From: an uncultured virus (IMG/VR IMGVR_UViG_3300028835_002692)
Lineage: Duplodnaviria; Heunggongvirae; Uroviricota; Caudoviricetes
Length of the DNA: 20,000 nucleotides
Strand: one strand, 5' to 3'
IMG/VR virus record: IMGVR_UViG_3300028835_002692
Part shown: piece by piece, positions 15,113 through 20,000 of the stretch
How positions within the stretch are numbered: position 1 is the first letter of the stretch
Layout: each line of letters opens with the position of its first letter
Notes under the pieces: model-generated
The model's database searches: none
Seen by the model: the letters and a program-made list of their open reading frames with translations, nothing else
Told to the model about the DNA's origin: nothing
Position numbers and translations under genes: made by a program

Positions 15113-15254
15113 GTATGGAGCACCGGCGGTCGAGAGGGCAGCGCCATTATATCAGATAAGTTGGAAAGGCTCACCAGATTACGTGTCCCCAAGGTGTAGC
15201 CATTGTATAAGTCGAGTGCTGGATAAGAGGGCAAATAGAAAGGGAGGTACATAA
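15060..15254 (+). CDS. small Zn-finger protein
   Basis: RBS AAAGGAG then ATG 15060; CPVC...CSHC. Confidence 0.7.
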   Translation: MPRCPVCREKETMQVQPEYGAPAVERAAPLYQISWKGSPDYVSPRCSHCISRVLDKRANRKGGT

Positions 15255-15257
15255 AAG

Positions 15258-15482
15258 ATGATAACAGTTTTCTTTGAAGATGACGGACAGGATTTCCTAG
15301 AATGGGATATCAACGATAAAGGAGAGGTTGTGGGTTGCCGGCCGCTCCAGGGCGACATTTGGATTGGCACGAAGGTCCAGAACAAAGATATCCAACCTGG
15401 TGACCACCTCGACATCACTACGACAGATGGCATCAACCGACATGTGATTCACGCCGTAGAGAAAGTTCAGGAGCTTGTCTGA
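15258..15482 (+). CDS. hypothetical protein
   Basis: RBS GGGAGGT; FEDDGQDFLEWDI...GCRPLQ..IWIG motif. Confidence 0.75.
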   Translation: MITVFFEDDGQDFLEWDINDKGEVVGCRPLQGDIWIGTKVQNKDIQPGDHLDITTTDGINRHVIHAVEKVQELV

Positions 15483-15485
15483 AGG

Positions 15486-15520
15486 ACTAAGCGTATAAGG
15501 TGGATTATACGCAGAGGAGG
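15486..15520. repeat. 35-bp palindromic element, copy 1 (ACTAA-GCGTATAA-N6-TTATACGC-AGAGGAGG)
   Basis: Perfect 8-bp inverted arms with a 6-bp spacer; 27/29 identity to 19207-19241 outside the spacer. Confidence 0.85.
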
Positions 15521-15524
15521 CTAA

Positions 15525-15719
15525 ATGCAGGTCTATCTAACTGAACAAAGTGCGGATATCGTGTTGAACGAGAAAGAGGTGCAGGACCTCGTTGAGGGCA
15601 AGGAGGTGATTGGAAACCCTGATACTGAATTTTTATCCCCCTTTGGGAAGAGGATTGTCATAATCAGAAAAGGAGAGAGGTGTACCCATGAAAGAAAGGT
15701 TCAAGGTCTGCGCCCATGA
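15525..15719 (+). CDS. hypothetical protein
   Basis: RBS GAGGAGG (3' end of the repeat). Confidence 0.65.
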   Translation: MQVYLTEQSADIVLNEKEVQDLVEGKEVIGNPDTEFLSPFGKRIVIIRKGERCTHERKVQGLRP

Positions 15720-15888
15720 CCAGCTGCCGGGCAAGATGATGGTCGAATACTGGCGGGATGGTGAGTTTATCGCCACTATCTACCCCCATCTCGACGGCAT
15801 CCGCATCGTGAGCAAATACCTGGATGGCGTGAGTATGGAACCCAACTACCCACCGGCGGCCGTTGTCAAGCTATCGGGAGGAGGCTAA
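15688..15888 (+). CDS. hypothetical protein
   Basis: RBS GAGGTG. Confidence 0.7.
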   Translation: MKERFKVCAHDQLPGKMMVEYWRDGEFIATIYPHLDGIRIVSKYLDGVSMEPNYPPAAVVKLSGGG

Positions 15889-15891
15889 CGT

Positions 15892-16074
15892 ATGAAGGTG
15901 GTTAAGGTCAACTTTGCTGGCATAGAGAAGAGTAAGGACGGGAAGCTGTCTATCATCTATATCCCGAACCAGACCCAGATGCTCCGTGCCGGGCAGAAGT
16001 ACCAAATCGTAATCGAAGGGCTTACCTACGAGGAGTGGGGGCGTGGCAAGAAAGCCGACAGACCTGCCCGATGA
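15892..16074 (+). CDS. hypothetical protein
   Basis: RBS GGAGGAGG. Confidence 0.65.
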   Translation: MKVVKVNFAGIEKSKDGKLSIIYIPNQTQMLRAGQKYQIVIEGLTYEEWGRGKKADRPAR

Positions 16075-16510
16075 GGTGAAGGACGCCGTAGTGCGTGACT
16101 ACCTGGCCGGGGCTAAAACCGTAGTCATCCAGTGGGAACACGGGGTCACCCCGGGCACGATGTACCGCATCCTTCATGCGGCGAAGGTCAGGCTAAGAGT
16201 TGATAGCCGCAAGCCTGAACTACAGGTGGATAGCGGCTTCCGAGCTGCCGTAAGGGAATGGGTGGCGACGGAGGAGAATGACACACTGGAGCAAGGCGGG
16301 GAAAAGCTGGCGGAGCTATTGGATGAGTATTTGAAGAAGGAACCTGCAAAGACTCTAATCGCTCTGGGCATCGGGGACAAGCCATTTACGCCGGAGGACC
16401 TTCTTAGAGGCAGTTTGCAGGTTCTTGTTGAAGAAACCCTAGACCATTACCCCTGCTTTGTGCGGGTTGGTGATGACCAATGGAAAGTACGCAAAGGAGG
16501 TGATGCTTAA
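16043..16510 (+). CDS. HTH DNA-binding protein
   Basis: LPDEVKDAVVRDYLAGAKTVVIQWEHGVTPGTMYRILH resembles a resolvase/homeodomain-like HTH; RBS GAGGAG. Confidence 0.7.
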   Translation: MARKPTDLPDEVKDAVVRDYLAGAKTVVIQWEHGVTPGTMYRILHAAKVRLRVDSRKPELQVDSGFRAAVREWVATEENDTLEQGGEKLAELLDEYLKKEPAKTLIALGIGDKPFTPEDLLRGSLQVLVEETLDHYPCFVRVGDDQWKVRKGGDA

Positions 16511-16511
16511 G

Positions 16512-16919
16512 ATGAGGCTATTTATCAAAGTTGGCGGCCGGGATAAGCTCATCAGCAAAGCTAAAGACGGTGGCGGATTCCAGACCATTGAGGTCCTGGT
16601 CACCAACAACTTTGAACTAGCGGTCCCGGAGTGGGAGCGTAAAGACTGGCTTGAGCTTTATCCCTCGTGGGATTATCGGACTCTCAAAGCAGACGGCATG
16701 CAGTGTGGCGCCCTGATGGCCCTAATACTTCAGGCTAACCCGGCGGCACAAGGAATTCTCGACAGTTTCGGGAAGCAACTCGCGACCATAAAGAAGGCGG
16801 CCGAGGAAGAAGCGGGGGTGACGAAAGAAATCTTACCTGGTGGGATGCTAAAGATTACCGATAGGGACGGCAATGTGTTTACCAGGCTACCCTACCCGGA
16901 TGAGATTAAGGGAAACTGA
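16512..16919 (+). CDS. hypothetical protein
   Basis: RBS AAAGGAGGTG; start at 16503 or 16512. Confidence 0.7.
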   Translation: MRLFIKVGGRDKLISKAKDGGGFQTIEVLVTNNFELAVPEWERKDWLELYPSWDYRTLKADGMQCGALMALILQANPAAQGILDSFGKQLATIKKAAEEEAGVTKEILPGGMLKITDRDGNVFTRLPYPDEIKGN

Positions 16920-17191
16920 TGTCCGAAGAGCGCACGTGGGAACTTAAAGCCCGAATAAGCGAAGACGTGAAGGAAAAACTCGAGGCCCTGGCAGAGCGCC
17001 GGTATGGCAACAGGAGCCACGAGTCGAAGTCCTTTGTTGTTGAGGATATCCTGCGCTGGAAGCTAGATAGCTGGCGGCAGCATGACATCAGCCTGGGTGA
17101 TTGGTTCTGGCTCCTGATAAAGGAGCGGGCGCCTATCTCTTTGTTAAAGGAAATCGCCTGGGGTAAACTAATTGAGGGGTATTTCGATTAA
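16919..17191 (+). CDS. ribbon-helix-helix DNA-binding protein
   Basis: ELKARISEDVKEKLEALAERR...KSFVVEDIL fits the RHH pattern. Confidence 0.65.
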   Translation: MSEERTWELKARISEDVKEKLEALAERRYGNRSHESKSFVVEDILRWKLDSWRQHDISLGDWFWLLIKERAPISLLKEIAWGKLIEGYFD

Positions 17192-17203
17192 GAAGGAGGA
17201 GAC

Positions 17204-18196
17204 ATGACCTACAGTGTAGCCGAGCGGGAGCTCATGTTCCGGAACCTGGCCGGCAACCCAGTCGCCAGGCGTGTCGCCGAGAGAGCTCTGCGAATCGAAG
17301 ACGAAGAGGAGGCCAAACGTCGGGAAAAGCCTGAAATGTATCCATGGTCTGGCTTTGAGTGGTCAGACATCCCGGCTCAGACAGCAGTCCTTAATCAGTT
17401 CGTCATTGATGAACTCCTGGTCACCGGTGGTCCGAGAGGTACCTACCGCAGCCGGTCGACAACAGCCTACAAGCTTAAAGACCCCGAGCTGGTGAGGGAG
17501 TGCCTGGAGAAGCTAGATGAGATTGAGGAGGGCGTTGAAGAAGGAGATATCCCACCTGACCTGTTTGACTTCATCCTCGGCCATGAGAAGGTGAAAGACC
17601 TGATCTGGAAGAGCATCAATGCCGAGCGACCGGTACACATACTAATGGTCGGACCGCCCGCATCAGCCAAGTCTATGTTTCTGGGAGAGCTGGCCCGGCT
17701 ACCGTTTTCCCGCTTCACTCTTGGAGGTGGTACCTCAAAGGCGGGGCTTGCCGATTTCCTGCTAGAGTTTCGCCCGCGGTACCTAATCATTGACGAGATA
17801 GACAAGATGCCAATGACTGAACAGAGCATTCTCCTCTCGCTGATGGAGAGCGGAATTGTGGCCAGGCTAAAGAAGCGGATGAGGGAAATTGAGACCATAA
17901 CTACTACGGTGTTCGCCGCGGCTAACCGGGATAACACAATGTGGGCCGAACTGAAGAGTCGATTCTTCGACATTCACCTGAAGGAATACTCGGAGGCTGA
18001 CTTCGTCAACATATCTAGGGCAGTTCTCATGACCAGGGAGAAGGTTGACCCCGGGTTGGCCACCCTTATCGCCGGGCTACTGTCTCGATATACCAGGGAC
18101 GTGCGTGATGCCATTCACTTCGGTAGGCTGTGTAAGACTGAGGAAGATGTCAGGAGCCTCCTGCAGCTTAAATTCCCCAGCAGGGGGTTATTTTAG
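17204..18196 (+). CDS. AAA+ ATPase (MCM/RuvB-like motifs) with N-terminal winged-helix-like region
   Basis: Walker A GPPASAKS (17651); SKAGL; Walker B IIDEIDKM; LLSLMESG; sensor-1 AAAN; Arg finger LKSRF; sensor-2 DVRD. Confidence 0.9.
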   Translation: MTYSVAERELMFRNLAGNPVARRVAERALRIEDEEEAKRREKPEMYPWSGFEWSDIPAQTAVLNQFVIDELLVTGGPRGTYRSRSTTAYKLKDPELVRECLEKLDEIEEGVEEGDIPPDLFDFILGHEKVKDLIWKSINAERPVHILMVGPPASAKSMFLGELARLPFSRFTLGGGTSKAGLADFLLEFRPRYLIIDEIDKMPMTEQSILLSLMESGIVARLKKRMREIETITTTVFAAANRDNTMWAELKSRFFDIHLKEYSEADFVNISRAVLMTREKVDPGLATLIAGLLSRYTRDVRDAIHFGRLCKTEEDVRSLLQLKFPSRGLF

Positions 18197-18508
18197 ATGA
18201 AAGACTGGCTGTGGCTCGTTAAGACGAGCAAGGGTGACTTCTTCATAACCGTGATAGGAAAGTGGACTCAGGAAGAGGCTGCCGAGAAAATCCGGCTAAC
18301 ATTCGCTCGAATAAAGCTCGACATCACCGCCATGATTCCGAGAAAACGAGTCACCGGTCCCGATGATGCGATGGGCACTATATATGAGCCGGAGGAGCCA
18401 AAGGACGAGCTGGGGTTCTCTTTCTTGGGAGGTAAGAAACTCTGGGAAGCCTGCGGCCGGGGAGTCGAATACCAGGCTGAGCTGATACGCTTAAAGAAGG
18501 AGGGATGA
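18197..18508 (+). CDS. hypothetical protein
   Basis: Abuts the ATPase stop. Confidence 0.65.
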   Translation: MKDWLWLVKTSKGDFFITVIGKWTQEEAAEKIRLTFARIKLDITAMIPRKRVTGPDDAMGTIYEPEEPKDELGFSFLGGKKLWEACGRGVEYQAELIRLKKEG

Positions 18509-18512
18509 TCGA

Positions 18513-18911
18513 ATGACTCAATTCTTTACTCCAGGGCAGACGGTTTACCTTCTTTACTGGAGAAGACGAGAGGAGAGCGAATTAACCCGGGTGCAAATCT
18601 TTGTCTCGAAACGACGTCGCGATAATGCTAATGTCGACCTCTTAGCCTGGGGACTGATAACAATGACCGCCACATGGGAAATCCCTACCCCTGTAAAGGT
18701 GCCGTTTGAGCTTCTGAGCCGTAACCTGAAGGAGGTGAAAACAACGCCGAATTGCCCCAAATGCGGAGCGTCCATGGAGTGCCTCTATCATGGTAAAGGG
18801 ACAGAGCAATGGGTTTGCCCAAATGCCTGTGATAGCACTCTTGACGAAGTGCTTAAGAAAGCGGACAGACTGGCCCGCCAAGTGCTAGGTGATGATGAAC
18901 TATGCGTCTAG
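18513..18911 (+). CDS. hypothetical protein with Zn ribbon
   Basis: RBS AAGGAGG; CPKCGASM...WVCPNAC. Confidence 0.7.
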   Translation: MTQFFTPGQTVYLLYWRRREESELTRVQIFVSKRRRDNANVDLLAWGLITMTATWEIPTPVKVPFELLSRNLKEVKTTPNCPKCGASMECLYHGKGTEQWVCPNACDSTLDEVLKKADRLARQVLGDDELCV

Positions 18912-18938
18912 CTTTAACGAAGGGATTTGCCATAGCTA

Positions 18939-19211
18939 ATGATACCACTAACGCCGCGCGAGTTTGAGATACTGAAATACGTCGCAGGAGGCAATGGCAA
19001 CAAGGCCATTGCTAACCAACTCAAGATTAGCGAGCAAGTCATCAAGAATCATATCTCTCTAATCATGTATAAGCTGGCAGCCAACGACCGAACACATGCT
19101 GTAGTACTAGCAATAGAAGCTGGCTTGATGAAAACCACAGATGCCATCATGTTAGGGCGGCGGAGGCGTCTGATGTCTAGGTTGCCCAGAGCAGGAGAGA
19201 CTTTCTACTAA
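18939..19211 (+). CDS. stand-alone LuxR-family HTH regulator
   Basis: LTPREFEILKYVAGGNGNKAIANQLKISEQVIKNHISLIMYKLAANDRTHAV; no receiver domain. Confidence 0.92.
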   Translation: MIPLTPREFEILKYVAGGNGNKAIANQLKISEQVIKNHISLIMYKLAANDRTHAVVLAIEAGLMKTTDAIMLGRRRRLMSRLPRAGETFY

Positions 19212-19241
19212 GCGTGTAATTGACGTTATACGCAAAGGAGG
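19207..19241. repeat. 35-bp palindromic element, copy 2 (ACTAA-GCGTGTAA-N6-TTATACGC-AAAGGAGG)
   Basis: Matches 15486-15520; includes the LuxR stop codon and the RBS of the next gene. Confidence 0.85.
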
Positions 19242-19249
19242 TATTGAAG

Positions 19250-19513
19250 ATGTGCTGGAAGGATGAGTGGGCCAAAGCGGTGAACAACCTCTCATGGGCC
19301 ATAATACATACGGAGAGGGCTCAAGTCAAGCTCGAGAAGAAAAGGCGATTCCCAGGGGTTGACGAGTGCAAGGAGGTAATCACTGACCTAAGGCAGAGAC
19401 AGGAACAGCTCAAGGAGATGATAGAGAAGTATGGGATAACAAGAGCTGAGAAACCGGCGATGACCGAGAATTCAATGGCTGGCCGCAGAACATCTAGTGG
19501 GAAACCATGGTAG
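19250..19513 (+). CDS. hypothetical coiled-coil protein
   Basis: RBS AAGGAGGT then ATG 19250. Confidence 0.7.
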   Translation: MCWKDEWAKAVNNLSWAIIHTERAQVKLEKKRRFPGVDECKEVITDLRQRQEQLKEMIEKYGITRAEKPAMTENSMAGRRTSSGKPW

Positions 19514-19778
19514 CGAGGATTTGAGCGTGAAAAAGGACTATATGCAAAAGAGAAAAGTTAGAGAATTTGACGGGGTGCCTTATGCGCTATATGGGACTGC
19601 GAGGGAATCGGCTGTCGCCGACCAGGTTCAACTAGCCTGCCAGGGAAAAGGCGCAATGACTAGGCTAACACACCGCTTCTTCCCCCGCAAATACTTCATT
19701 TGGGTAGACATGGATTGGTACACGAGAACTCCCCAACCGGACCCCGGAATGCTAAAGCTTGAGAACGCATGCTGGTAG
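19497..19778 (+). CDS. hypothetical protein (start uncertain)
   Basis: Co-oriented ORF filling the gap. Confidence 0.55.
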   Translation: MGNHGSEDLSVKKDYMQKRKVREFDGVPYALYGTARESAVADQVQLACQGKGAMTRLTHRFFPRKYFIWVDMDWYTRTPQPDPGMLKLENACW

Positions 19779-19820
19779 GCAAAGGTCTGATAGCTAAAAC
19801 GAAGAAGGGAGGAATCTGAT

Positions 19821-20000
19821 ATGAGAACTCAATTTCAAATAAGAGCCAGGCAATATAAAGCGGACACGGCGAATGATTTGCTTACCTGGATTAGAGAGAA
19901 CGACCTCGCTAATGGAAGCAAGGCTTTTGAGCGAGTAATTAAACCATTCGCAGCAGAGAAGAAGCTCCCCCTTTTTCAGGTTTGGCAAGCGTGGGGTCTG
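19821..20000 (+). CDS. hypothetical protein, 3'-truncated
   Basis: RBS GGGAGG, ATG 19821; frame open to the window end (MRTQFQIRARQYKADTAND...). Confidence 0.6.
   Translation, partial: MRTQFQIRARQYKADTANDLLTWIRENDLANGSKAFERVIKPFAAEKKLPLFQVWQAWGL

Larger units (their letters stand above)
1..20000 (+). mobile_element. Phage/prophage or phage-plasmid-like early/accessory gene region (boundaries outside window)
   Basis: All credible ORFs are co-oriented and tightly packed with strong RBSs. Many small Zn-finger hypotheticals, plus Ku/ligase, clamp-like, alpha-CTD-like and PRTRC genes out of housekeeping context. No capsid, terminase or integrase seen, so the element type is inferred. Confidence 0.7.

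Noticed and set aside
15885..15904. Degenerate third copy of the palindrome (CTAACGTATGAAGGTGGTTA); half-sites near 18483 and 18898
   Set aside because: Needs indels or lacks the second arm, and overlaps coding sequence; could be chance.
15486..19241. CRISPR array or attL/attR interpretation of the 35-bp repeat
   Set aside because: Only two copies 3.7 kb apart, the central spacers differ, and there is no cas or integrase gene in the window.
19220..19249. TTGACG as a -35 box or TTG start codon
   Set aside because: No suitably spaced -10 box; the RBS position favours ATG 19250.

Overview
Gene-dense window with every credible gene on the + strand: about 48 CDS, most of them short, with strong AGGAGG-type RBSs and overlapping start/stop codons. 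It looks like the early/accessory region of a phage, prophage or phage-plasmid-like element. The style of the LuxR and XRE proteins suggests a Chloroflexota (Dehalococcoidia-like) host, which is inference only. No structural, integrase, tRNA, rRNA or CRISPR features are visible. Recognisable modules: (1) an NHEJ pair, the Ku C-terminus plus a stand-alone ATP-dependent ligase with altered motifs and a C-terminal SWIM finger; (2) host-machinery mimics, a two-domain DnaN-like clamp and an RNAP alpha-CTD/Zn-ribbon fusion; (3) a PRTRC-type prokaryotic ubiquitin-like cassette (Ubl ending GTKG-S, a 480-aa protein, E2 family D, JAB, ThiF/E1, Pro/Ala-rich protein) with a Cys-rich multi-Zn-finger gene coupled to the Ubl gene; (4) an intact-looking ispH; (5) an RHH gene plus an MCM/RuvB-like AAA+ ATPase, and XRE, HTH and LuxR regulators. 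Non-coding signals: a TTGACA-19bp-TATAAT promoter with a dyad in the spacer, three long intergenic stem-loops, and two copies of a 35-bp dif/lox-like palindrome next to RBSs that bracket about 3.7 kb.
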